Source of the DNA: Octopus vulgaris
Lineage: Eukaryota
NCBI GenBank assembly: GCA_951406725.2
Contig: OX597814.1
Span: 164,548,001 to 164,612,000, forward strand
DNA length: 64,000 nt
Reading direction: 5' to 3'
Shown here piece after piece: positions 14,779 to 27,081 of this stretch. Within the stretch, counting starts at the first letter, position 1, and every line of letters begins with the position of its first letter. Both the position numbers and the translations under genes were made by a program. The notes under the pieces are model-generated. The model worked only from the letters and a program-made list of their open reading frames with translations. It was not told where the DNA came from and searched no databases.

Positions 14779-15150
14779 CAGTATCGCCCGGCGTTGCTCA
14801 GGTTTGTAAGGGAAATAACTATAAAGCATTTTTAGAGAGTTATAGCCAAAAAATAGCAAAAAAATGGAAAAAAATGATGGTAAATTTTGTTTTTGTTAAA
14901 AAATAGTGGAGTTGCGCCCCCCTAGACAGTTTGCGGTTTGTGTTTCTGATTCTCGACCCCATTTCGAATTTATCGATTTTTTTCAGAACTGGGGGAACTT
15001 TTCAAAATTTTTGCTGCGTTAGTTTTGAATTATGACATTGGGCTATGTGTGTGTCAAGTTTCATCAGAATTGGTTGAAAGCCGTGGTCAGGGTGAGGGTA
15101 CAAGCAAACAGACACACAGAAACACGCACAGACAAACTGCCGTTTATATA
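14776..15150 (-). mobile_element. Non-autonomous Helitron sharing the 3' end of 25306-25944
   Basis: About 110 bp of shared 3' terminus (gagcaacgccgggcgatactgcta), different 5' body; inside (TA)n. Confidence 0.7.
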
Positions 15151-15169
15151 TATATATATATATATATCC

Positions 15170-15390
15170 TTTATTTTTCATCTTTTGCGTATTTCAGTCA
15201 TTTGACCGTGGTGATGCTGGGACACCTCCTTGAAATTTTAGTTGAATGTATCGACCCCAGTACTTATTTTTGTTTAAAGCCTGTTACTTACTCCATCGTT
15301 CTCTTAGGCCGAACAGCTAAGTTTCGGAGAAGTAACATACCAGCACCAGTTGTCAAACTGTAGTGAGGAACAAACACAGACACAAAGGCA

Positions 15391-15489
<99 letters not shown>

Positions 15490-15637
15490 GATGGGCTTCT
15501 TTGAGTTTCCGTCTACCAAATCCACTCACAAGGCTTTGTTTGGCCCGAGGAGTAGAAGACACTTGCTCAAGGTACCATGTAGTGGGACTGAACCCGGAAC
15601 CATGTGTTTAGTAAGTAAGCTTCTTACCACTCAGCCA
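15170..15637 (-). mobile_element. SINE family B
   Basis: Same head, core and tail with expanded internal microsatellite. Confidence 0.82.
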
Positions 15638-15675
15638 CGGGTACGTATACATAGTCTTGCACCTACGTGCACGTA

Positions 15676-15742
<67 letters not shown>

Positions 15743-18700
15743 ATTAATCACTGGGAAAAGGAAAGGAAATATCGGGTAGGGAATGTAACTAAATACTATA
15801 AGGCATACTTCTCCCACCTCCACTCCACTCCACTCCACCGATTCTGACACTTCATGACCGCGACGGCGACCCTTAGGTTTACCTGATAGGGAGTTGTGAC
15901 CCATTCGAAAGACTCTGTAATTTATAGCAAAGCGGTTTATCCGTCAGAAGAAGAAAGTGTGCACATGGAATGGAGACAGTATCCCGTAACAAAAATGATA
16001 AGAGGAGAGAGTATAATTTACAGAAGGTTAATGAGACAATAATTTATAGAATTGCGATACTGTAACTTATACATATGAAGGACACATGACTAGTGGTTAG
16101 AGCATCGGGTTACAATCATGATTCCCGGACCGGGTTGTATGTGGTGTTCTTGAGCAAGACACTTTGTTCCACGTTTCTCAATACTGCACGCTCTAATATT
16201 AATTATTGAATTATATGGAGTGCAAGGTGACACTCTGGCCATTTTCACTGTCCATTTCACTGTCCAGTCTATTCTTGGTACGGCTGCATAATATAGGCAG
16301 GCAAGATGGATTCAGTTACAGCATGATAGTTAATATTGTTGGTGGTGTGGATCCCAGTACAGTGTTTGGAGTAAATGTGGTTATTGATATTGCAACTATT
16401 TATGAGTGTATGTATTCCTTATAATCGGCTCAGTAGAATTAATGCCCTCAGGATGTAGTGTTTTGGGGTTATTTTTTTATGTAAGTGATTGGGAATGTGC
16501 GAGTTAGATCTTGTTGCGCAACATTTATGCCTTTCTAAAATGATCCTTCATTTTTTAGTATTTTATTTCTTTATATACATGCTTTATAGATGTTGTCTTT
16601 GTACAACCAGTTACAATACATAGAGCATTATTTGTTCAACTTGCAGATTATTGTAGTTTGAGTAGGTGAGAATAACAGAGTTTAAGTGCATCAGATTACA
16701 AGAGGAAGGTCTTTAGTTTGACTTCTGTGACTTGCGCTAAGAGGAGAAGTCACATTTAGTATTTGTATTTACACAAATAGAGTCCCACTTAAGTGATATA
16801 ACGAGTACGAAAATTTTGAATATATCAGATTATTCTCGTAAGTCTAGAAAATTAACAAGCAGGAGAAATAACTCAATGAAAATTAAGAAAATGACTTATT
16901 TTTTTAGAAAATAAAAGCAATGCAATGTGGAAGTAGATATTGTCTTTAGCCAAGTAACGAAGGAGTATATTAGAGATTTTCAGTGGAGTGAATGATAATT
17001 CTACGCAGTAAAAGCAGGTATGATGTGCAGGTTTGTTGGTATTACCGGTGTCGTTCCTCTGAGCATCACAATTGTAGTAACTTCCAAAATACATATCTCA
17101 CAAGACAGCATAAACAATATAATCTAGACCGAGTTTGATAAAAACCAGGGAGGATGTCAGATACAATACTCCAACAAAAATAAAATTCAGCATCAGGAAA
17201 CAAAACATCCTTTATTTTTTAAATGGCTTAGACAGAGAAGGAAATCATGCATCCATGAACCGTTGCAGGGTCTCCGTGACTAGGTGGAAGAAGGAAGTTT
17301 TCTTTGGACTGAGACCGTGTCCAAATGCTTGCAACAGAACAGACAAGAGGAACAGGTGGTGGTGTTAAAGTAAGTCGCACGTTAAGGCTATCACCTATAC
17401 TTCTCATCCTCTCATACACTCTTTGAAAAAAATCATAGAAAAGATTTATCGTTGACATCATTGATCTACACATTCCTCTTCTACACGCTTCATTCATCGA
17501 TTTAGACCACCACAATGAAGCAGCGCACTTCTCAGAAACCTTAGAATATATAACAGCTTCGACTACAAAACCTCCCCCAAACACCTATTTAGTCTACCAT
17601 CAGCATCAGCAAAGCTTTTGAATTTGCTCTTTGATAATCTCACATAAACAACCACTTTTCCGAATGTACGGATTCGTTTTACCTATCAAATATGAGACAA
17701 AGTGGAAGCCTTTATGTGTTCACTGGATCTTCAAGAAATATCAAGCAAATCTCTCACACAGACAGTGTAATCTTAAATACGCTTTTTCCCTTACTCGCAT
17801 ACATTGATCATCACTTTTCCATAGCGTGACAGACACACAGATATTTTACATCACAGGAATGTACTCTTAGCATTGTGGTTACGCTACTTTATCTTTTTGC
17901 TCCTCTGTCACAATACGAGCATACGAGTATATTGGAGCTCAGTGCAATTAGCTAATAAACAAACATGCTAATCAATTTTTGCATTGTTGCAGTTGACTGT
18001 AGTAATGAGTGGCACCTACATACAGCAAGGTTGGTTGTGGCATTTAGCGTTAAATATTTTGACCATGAACAATGCACCGGACAGTTAACATGATACGTAC
18101 CTTTGACCACATCAGTCGGTTGTCTGATTTTCTGTAACCCCCACCATCCACAGATTTCTAACTGGATCTAAATTTTACTCTCATCTAAACCCTAGAGATA
18201 CAGTTCAGTAAGAATGATCTTGATCTGCCACAAACAAGAGATGAAAGCAGGTTTATAGATCTTTATAATTTATGAAATAACTTTTTTTTAAATTGTGGTT
18301 ATAATTTCTTTTTCTATCAGACAGTGATATTAAAATCTTTAGGGCGTCTGAAATTTTCTCGTAGGAATCGTATTTGATTTTCAGAGAATTATTGGCATGC
18401 TGGCAATAGTCAGATTACTTCAGTTCAAATGACGGCAATTTCGAGAATTTTATTTACTTCAAAGGGTTAAATTAATTGGGTACAGGAAATAAGAACTACA
18501 AGGGGGTTCTGTAAATAATACAGCGGAACATATTATAAAATCATCGTGCAGAGACTCCCATGGGAGCTGAGAAAATGCTTCGTCAAATATACACCCAAAC
18601 CTCAGCAGCATTACTCATACCTACGCCACTTTGAATTACAATTACACATTTTTGTAGGATCTTTGAATTACAGGCTTTTGCGCAATTTCCATCCGTCCAT

Positions 18701-20091
18701 TTCCAGCCGTAACGTTTGGGTCGACTGCAGGCTATCGCAAACGACAACTGTCTAAAATATATTCCTCAATGGAGTCGAACATGGTTGCCCGAGGTTACGA
18801 AGCGTATATTTTACGATTTGGCTAAGCCGCGTTCACAATTTCACAGTAAGGAAATAAACAAAACAAACCTTTCAAAGTTAACTGAACGATCTAAAATAAA
18901 AGAAAATATTTTTTACATTAAAGCTATTTGAAATTCTCCAGCACGTGTGTTTTTCCTGTGGATGAAATTCTTCAAATAGTTTCTTTAAAAATTTGTTAAT
19001 GTCACTTTATTTCGTGGACTTCCATTTTGTTGTGATAATTATATTTTGACCATATGTGGCTACATAAGTTGTTGCAAAAAATATATATTTACTGCGTCTG
19101 AAAGAGAAAAATAACATTTCAAGCAGCCCCTTATTTCCTTCCTTTTTACATTTTATTTTTCAGAAATAATCACTTAAGATTGACACTACATACTGTATGT
19201 GATCTTTCAAGAGATTCCACTTTTATCAGCCAAGTAGACACTTTAGCTGAGGCTTAGGGAAATTCTGCTAAATTCATGGTTGTAAATTCAATCGCGAGTA
19301 ATTAAATTACGATAAATACATCGTTTGTAATTTCATTAGTTGGTAATTTTATCACAATACAATTACACTGCGAGCCAATGCATCTCGTCATGCCAAATAC
19401 ACCGTCGGTAGATTCATTGTCATGTTTTATATCTTTAATGTAAATACATTAGCTGAAGTTTTTATCTACAGTAAATACGTCGCATTTCATTGACTGTGAA
19501 AATCAAATTCAAAGATAAAAAATTTGGTTGCGCGATTAAGAAGCTCGCTTTGCATCTAGTCACGTGGTTTCAGGATCAGTCCCCCTGCGCGGCAACTTAG
19601 GCAAGTGTTTTCTACTATAGCCATGGGTCAACTAATGAATTATGATTAAATTTGGCATAGAAACTGCGTGGAAGCCCATCGCAAACATACGTGCATTTAT
19701 TTTTATGTATGTGTGTGTGTGTTTGTCTTTGTACTTGTCCTCTCCAACCGCTTGGCAACCGGAGCTGGTTTGTTTACGAACCCCTCCATGACTTAGTGGT
19801 TCTGCTAAAGAAATCGATATAAATAAGTACCAGACTTAAAAATAAGTCGATTTGTTTGACTAAAACCTTTCAAGGCATTGTTCCAGTTGTTCAATGATAA
19901 AAACAAATGAAAAAAATGACCGATAATATCAAATTATAAACTTAACCAATTTATAGATAAATATAAACTTATAATTATAAACTTAATTATAAGTTTATAA
20001 TTATAAACTTTACCAGTTTATAGAAAAATGAACAAATGGATTTTGAATAATTCTTTTTTTGGAATGATGAATCTCTAAGCAGTTAAAGGTG

Positions 20092-20263
20092 TAAATAATA
20101 GCGTGTAACATTGGGTTAAAAAAATCTTTGGAAAGAAAAAGTCGAAGGTTGCCCATGAGACACCCATATCTCCTGTATGCATGACGGACAGTCTACCATT
20201 TTTAGCCTTCGACTTTTTCTCTCCAAAAGAATTTTTTAAACCAACATTTATACGCTGTTATTT
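20092..20263. repeat. Imperfect inverted repeat (about 57-bp arms)
   Basis: aaataatagcgtg...gaaaaagtcgaagg versus ccttcgactttttc...cgctgttattt. Confidence 0.7.
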
Positions 20264-21115
20264 ATAGCTTTATGAAGGCAGCGACCAGGCAAAATCGTTA
20301 GCACGGTGGACAAAGTGCTTAGCAGCATTTCGTCCGTCTTTACGTTCTGCGTTCAAATTCCACCGAGGTGGACTTTACCTTTCTTCCTTTCGGGTTCGTT
20401 TATCACGCTCCCTTGATCATTCGTCGAAGACCTTAAAAAATTTTTTTATTACCACGTTGAGCCTCTATCACACGGGCCCATCCAGCGTCTTTGATTCCTT
20501 CCTGTCCTACTGCACGGAATTCTTAAGTTTCGAGACTATCTATCAAAAGCGAAACCATTCTAATGTTTTCTCTATATTCAGAATTTCTGAGAGTTAACTT
20601 TGACGACGATAAGCGGTCCTGAACCAAACCTCTAAATAACATGACTCGAGATTTTGTGAAAATAAGTCAATAATATAAACAACTGATGTAAATAACATAT
20701 AGGAACCGTACATCACTCCAACTACTTACTAATAGGTATCATCTATTGTAGCAACAGTAATAAATATGTGAGTGCTACACAACCAATTCTGTTTAATTCC
20801 GTAAACCTTGATAATTGAGAGTGATTAGCGTAAACAATTAATTGAGTTTTCAAATTACGCTATAAATTACAAGAATTCAACACATTTCTTTCTGCTATAG
20901 ATACAAGACCTAGAGTTTTGTAGGAGGGGGATAAGCGGCTACATCAACCGAGTGTTTATTTTATCAACTCCAAAAGAATGAAAAAAAGTCGACGTCGATG
21001 GGATTTGAACTCAGAATGTAAAGAGGCGGAAGAAATGCTGCTAAGCGTTTTGTACAGCGCACTAACGATTCTGCCCCCTCGCCGCCTTCAAGATTGCAAT
21101 ATATTATCAGTAGAA

Positions 21116-21920
21116 GGCGGCGAGCTGGCAGAAACGTTAGCACGCCGGGCGAAATGCTTAGCAGTATTTCGTCTGCCGCTACGTTCTGAGTTCAAATTCC
21201 GCCGAGATCGACTTTGCCTTTCATCCTTTCGGAGTCGATAAATTAAGTACCAGTTACGCACTAGTGTCGATGTAATCAACTTAATCCGTTTGTCTTTCCT
21301 TGTTTGTGCTCTCTGTGTTTAGCTCTATGTGGGTAGTAAAGAAATAGGTATTTCGTCTGCCGCTACGTTCTGAGTTCAAATTCTGCCGAGGTCGACTTTG
21401 CCTTTCATCCTTTCGGGGTCGATTAAATAATTACCAGTTACGCATTGGGGTCGATATAATCGACTTAATCCGTTTGTCTGTCCTTGCTTGTCGTCTCTGT
21501 GTTTAGCCCCTTGTGGGTAGTAAAGAAATAAGTATTTCGTCTGTCTTTACGTTCTCAGTTCAAATTCCGCTGAGGTCAACTTTGTGTTTCGGGGTCGATA
21601 AATTAAGTACCAGTTGCGTACTGGGTTCGATCTATTTGACTGGCCTTCTCCCCCAAAATTTCGGGCCTTGTGCCTAGAGTAGAAAAGAATATGTTATCAG
21701 TAGAAGGCGGCGAGCTGGCAGAACCGCTAGCACGCGGGGCGAAATGCTTAGCGGTATTTCGCCTGTCTTTAGGATCTGAGTTCAAATTCCAACGAGTTCA
21801 ACTTTGCCTTTCATCCTTTCGGGGTTCTGAAAAATAAGTACCAGTTGAGAGCTGGGGTCGATGTTATCGACTTAGCTCTTCCCAGAAATCTGATAGCCTT
21901 GGGCTAAAATTTGGAACCAT
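21116..21920 (+). mobile_element. SINE family A trimer inserted in front of another family A copy
   Basis: Direct repeat at(a/g)ttatcagtagaa at 21101-21115 and 21691-21705; second head at 21706. Confidence 0.85.
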
Positions 21921-21984
21921 TATAGTTATTATTCTCTCGCTACATTTCGTCTGTGCTTTTGCCAAAATTTGAAATTAATATCTT

Positions 21985-22209
21985 TTATCTTTTAGTTATT
22001 CTAGTCGTTAGACTGCGGCCATGCTGGGGCACCACCTTGGACATTTAGTCGAATGAATCGGCCCCAGTACTTATTTTTTAAAGCCAGGTGCTTATTTTAT
22101 CAGGCTCTTTTGCGGAACCGCTAAGTTACAGTGATGCAAATACACCAACACCGGTTATAAAGCGGTGGTGGTGGGGGAGGGACAAAGAGATAGAAAGACA
22201 CACAGGTAT

Positions 22210-22251
<42 letters not shown>

Positions 22252-22407
22252 CAGGATTCTTTCAGTTTCCATCTACCAAATCCGCTCACAAGTCTTTGGT
22301 CGGCTCGTGGCTATAGTATAAAAAGAACACTTGCTCAAGGTGCCACACAGTGGGACTGAACCTGGAACCATATGGTTGGGAAGCAAACTTTGCACCACAT
22401 AGCCACG
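21985..22407 (-). mobile_element. SINE family B
   Basis: Same family, diverged. Confidence 0.8.
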
Positions 22408-22835
22408 CTTTTATTATTCTTTCGGAGCATTTCGCCAGTCTTTACGTGCTGCGTTCAAATTCAACCGAGGTCGACTTTGCTTTTCTTCCTTTCAGAGTCC
22501 ATAAATTATCTACCGTTCGCCCAAAATTCGAAACCGACATATTTATTCTTCATTTTCTTTTTGTCCTTCGAACTGAGATTTGAACTTAAAATTCAGAACT
22601 AAATGTACTGTAAACTCTCTTGTCTGTAACTAACGTTTCACAATGCTTACTTACAGAGATATGATTCTTAAAATATCATGAAATCGGATGCAAAGCTTTC
22701 TGGGATAATTATCAGTAATGTATTCAAGGGTGTGGAGTGCGATTTATTTTCTCTATCAGTCACAGAATCTAGAAGTAAACAATGATCATATGAAACCATG
22801 TGATTTGTGGAATGAAATTCACAGTATTTAAAATA

Positions 22836-23240
22836 GGCGCAGGAGTGGCTGTGTGGTAAGTAGCTTGTTTACCAACCACATGGTTCCGGGTTCAGTCCCA
22901 CTGCGTGGAACCTTGGGCAAATGTCTTCTACTATAGCCTCGGGCCGACCAAAGCCTTGTGAGTGGATTTGGTAGACGGAAACTGAAAGAAGCCCGTCGTA
23001 TATATGTATATATATATGTGTGTGTGTGTTTGTGTGTCTGTGTTTGTCCCCCTAACATTGCTTGACAGCCGATGCTGGTGTGTTTATGTCCCCGTCACTT
23101 AGCGGTTCGGCAAAAGAGACCGATAGAATAAGTACTAGGCTTACAAAGAATAAGTCCCGGGGTCGAGTTGCTCAATTAAAGGCGGTGCTCCAGCATGGCC
23201 GCAGTCAAATGACTGAAACTAGTAAGAGAGTAAGAGAGGT
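22836..23240 (+). mobile_element. SINE family B (tRNA head, CORE-like ccttgggcaag, internal (TA)(TG)n, CR1-like tail)
   Basis: ggcgcaggagtggctgtgtggtaag...gggttcagtccc...cagcatggccgcagtcaaatgactgaaac. Confidence 0.88.
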
Positions 23241-23859
23241 AAAGATCACTTTTGCGAATGAGGAAACGGTGGAGTACGCGAAGTAGCCTGAATAGCCAGA
23301 AAGCATGGAATATGTAACCCAAGGAAATATATTAATTTTGTACATAAAGCGGCCAACTGATGCATTGGTTTCTCTGTAAACAGTTTGACATCTAATATCA
23401 CATTAAGCTTACTCGTTGCTGAAATCTGTCTGAAGTATGATTTATGAGTCGAAAGTGGTCGTGAAATGAGGACGAACTTAGCCATCTAATAGAGAAAAAA
23501 TGAAATCCTATCTGAAACTTGATATACCATTTACTTTACTCTGTATTGACAGTGATAAAAACGACTTTATCAATTTCGTTCATGAAACTAATGTAATCCT
23601 TCTTGACGTTCTTGTGTCTCGTCTCTTCGTTTGGTTTACAGGACTACTTCACATTTATCGCCTGCGTTAACACATTTTCCTCCTCAAATCTCGTGTGATC
23701 GGCTCTTGTTCTCGTATTTCATACGAGCTAGCAATCATTTTGTCTTGGTTCTTCTTCAGTAGCAAAACCGAAGTCTTCTAAACTTTCTTCCACATACTGC
23801 CACACATGTAAACTGCAGTGATTAGCTAGTATGCGTGTGTGTGTGTGCCTATCTATCTC

Positions 23860-23931
<72 letters not shown>

Positions 23932-23948
23932 CGGACATACATACACAC

Positions 23949-24002
<54 letters not shown>

Positions 24003-24059
24003 GTATATATATATATGTATATATGTATATATATATATGTATATATATATATGTATATG

Positions 24060-24117
<58 letters not shown>

Positions 24118-24145
24118 TATGTATATGTATATATATATATATGTA

Positions 24146-24430
24146 TCTCTTATTATAAAAGGCAGATTTTATCTGCCTCCCTTTGGGAGTTATACAAATC
24201 TACAATATAGGATTTCTTCAATTACAATTTACCTAGCAGTTTTGAGAGTACAATGCATCGCGTCATGCCAGGTCCAGTTTTTAAAATTTAAACTCCAATT
24301 AAGCAAAATTTACAGAAAACTCACATTCTGGTGTGTGTGTCAAATGCTTTTCTTAGTCTGGTTTACACCACACGCAAACGCACACACACAGTGGGCAACG
24401 AATAAAATGAAAGTAAATAGCGACAGAGAG
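24146..24430 (+). mobile_element. Possible Helitron 5' fragment
   Basis: TCTCTTATTATAAAA start followed by the ggcagat..atctgcc hairpin. Confidence 0.35.
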
Positions 24431-24832
24431 ATTTGAGGAAGACTAAAGTGAAAGTATTCTGTCCATGACGCTGATAGATACATGAGTAAAATGTATGGGA
24501 AGCTAAGAGCTAAGAGTGAGTGAAAATGTTCTTGGAAGAGAGTAATTAGTAATAAAGTAAACATACACTCATACATACATACATACATACATACATACAT
24601 ACATACACACACACACATACACACACACACACATACATACATACACACATACATACATACATACATATACATACATACATACATATACATACATACATAC
24701 ACACACACACATACACACACACACAGTATTGAAGCTTGAGAACAATCAGATACATTTGCAACACATCTGTTGAAAATATTATTGTTCACACACATACATA
24801 TACATATATACATACAGACAGACAGACAGATA

Positions 24833-24870
<38 letters not shown>

Positions 24871-24910
24871 ATCCAGCATGGCCACAACCTCAAGGCTGAA
24901 ACATATAAAA

Positions 24911-25280
24911 GAATAACAGAATATAAATGTGTGCAAAGTACAAGAAATATTAATGCAGTATATGGGGATTGGACAATAAGCGTAAGGCAGTGTCAATGGT
25001 GGTTCCAGAAATCCCGAGCCATAAACTACAGCCTAGAAGACGAGCCTCATCCTGAAAGATCTGTAGAACTCGACAAGGACATCCTGAAAACCCTGGTGGA
25101 ACAAAATCTCATCGTAACTGTTGAGGAACTAGCAGAGAAGCTTGGATTTGGTCATTCAACCATTCATTGACACCTGTGTGCTATCGGAAAAGTCAGCAAA
25201 TTGGGTCAATGGGTTCCTCACGAACTTTCCGAGTCTAATTGCATGCAGAGAGTGAATGTATGCTTTTCTTTGCTGTCATA
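24911..25280 (+). pseudogene. Mariner transposase N-terminal fragment
   Basis: RNINAVYG..SVRQCQWWFQK..SLEDEP..TVEELAEKLG..STIH*HL..IGKVSKLGQWVPHEL (WVPHEL motif); in-frame stop. Confidence 0.88.
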
Positions 25281-25305
25281 TCTCACCACTACTGCGCTAT
25301 GTATA

Positions 25306-25944
25306 TCTATATATATATAAAACTGTAGTTGTGTGAGTGTCTGTCCCCTTCGATTTAGATTCCTAACTACTCCCACATTTTGCGGTACAGTTTAACCAAA
25401 TTCGGGTAGCTTGTAGTCGTGATTCATATCGAGCCCGTCTGAATATTAGCGCGCGTCTACGATGAGTCTACGATTTTGAAAATAATTTAACATCATTTTT
25501 TATTCCATTTTAATGCATAATTTTTCGTGTGTCGATGGCGGCGGAGTTGGCGTCCACGCTCACACCTGCACCTGTGGGGAAGGGAGTGTAAGGAAATCAA
25601 CGTCGTAATGCGTTGTCAAGGAGACCAGTGTTCTTTTAGAACAACGACTTCATGGCTTGAAGACACCAAAACAGAAATGGCTAAGAAAGCGTCTACATGA
25701 GTCTACGATTTAAAAAAAAATTTACCATCGTTTTTTTTCCATTTTAATGCATTTTTTCGCTATTATATAAGGGAAGTAACTCTCTAAAAATGTCTACGAT
25801 GAGTCAACGATTTTTAAAAAAATTTACCATCATATTTTTTCCATTTTTAATGCATTTTTTGCTATTTTTTGGCTATAACTCTCTAAAAATGCTTATATAG
25901 TTATTTCCCTTACAAACCCGAGCAACGCCGGGCGATACTGCTAG
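25306..25944 (+). mobile_element. Non-autonomous Helitron
   Basis: 5' TC, 3' CCCG-agcaacgc-CGGG hairpin then CTAG, inserted between A and T with no TSD. Confidence 0.78.
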
Positions 25945-25976
25945 TATATATATATGTATATATATATATGTATATG

Positions 25977-26007
<31 letters not shown>

Positions 26008-26211
26008 GTATATATATATATGTATATATATATATATGTATATATATATGTATATATATATATGTATATATATATGTATATATATGTATATATATGTATA
26101 AATGTATGTATATATATATGTATATATATATGTATATATATATATGTATATATATGTATATATATGTATATATGTATATATATATGTATATATGTATATA
26201 TATACATATAT

Positions 26212-27081
26212 ACAGGAGAACCAGAGGAAGAAACTGCAGGAGAACCAGAGGAAGAAACTAAACTTCGATGGGACCTTAGTTTGATAAAATTCAGGACCGA
26301 CATCTCCATTACCCTGTCTAAACAATCCCGCTACAAAGCCAAATACGAAGCTATCGATGATCAAATCAGAGATGAAATATCCAAACTAACGACCGGCAAT
26401 ATAGCAGAAAAAATGCGAGAACTATGGATCAGAGATATCTCAAAAGAAGAAAGCAGATCAAGAAAGTTTTGGCAGCGGAAACAATTATTTCTCGACAAAT
26501 ATGCTACAAATTACGGTAAAGACACCAGAACTCCGAGAAATAGCATTAAAAGTGGACAACCTCACCAACGCAACATACACCAGAACACGTGGCAACATGA
26601 ACACCCGTTTCACCACGAATCGAAGACGAACTACGGTAAGAACTCTTCCCATTTTGTATGCAAACACCCTAATGCACACAACATGAACAAAAAGCACAAA
26701 CAAAATAGATATTGTTTTGAACAGACCATTAGCAGTAGAAATAACAGGAGATCATTTTCAAGACCTCAACAGAGATTACCCACAAGAAACTGGACAAAAA
26801 ACCGATCTAGATCTAGAAGTAAACCCAGATCATTTCTCCAGGTGGTTAAAAACAATGCTAACAAGAAATTGAAAAGTAGCATACATAATACCAAAAACAA
26901 GACAGAAAACATAACGAAACCAAGTAAAGTACCACAACCAAAACGCAAAATTCATCAAGCAAACATCAACAGGAATATAAATCATAACCAGAAAAAAATC
27001 CATTTTTTTACGTCAGGACAACAAACACCGGAGAAAGAAAAAATCCAAGAGGAAACATACCCCAAACAACTGAACGTATAG
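26212..27081 (+). CDS. PLE upstream ORF, 5'-truncated (290 codons incl. stop; helical charged part then R/S/K/N-rich part)
   Basis: Non-microsatellite part of ORF 25954..27081 is open to TAG at 27079-27081 and overlaps the RT frame by 94 nt; same A-rich strand bias as the RT ORF. Confidence 0.7.
   Translation, partial: TGEPEEETAGEPEEETKLRWDLSLIKFRTDISITLSKQSRYKAKYEAIDDQIRDEISKLTTGNIAEKMRELWIRDISKEESRSRKFWQRKQLFLDKYATNYGKDTRTPRNSIKSGQPHQRNIHQNTWQHEHPFHHESKTNYGKNSSHFVCKHPNAHNMNKKHKQNRYCFEQTISSRNNRRSFSRPQQRLPTRNWTKNRSRSRSKPRSFLQVVKNNANKKLKSSIHNTKNKTENITKPSKVPQPKRKIHQANINRNINHNQKKIHFFTSGQQTPEKEKIQEETYPKQLNV

Noticed and set aside
16900-17740. Coding-like unique sequence
   Set aside because: No recognisable motif or sustained frame; probably an old TE relic that I cannot assign.
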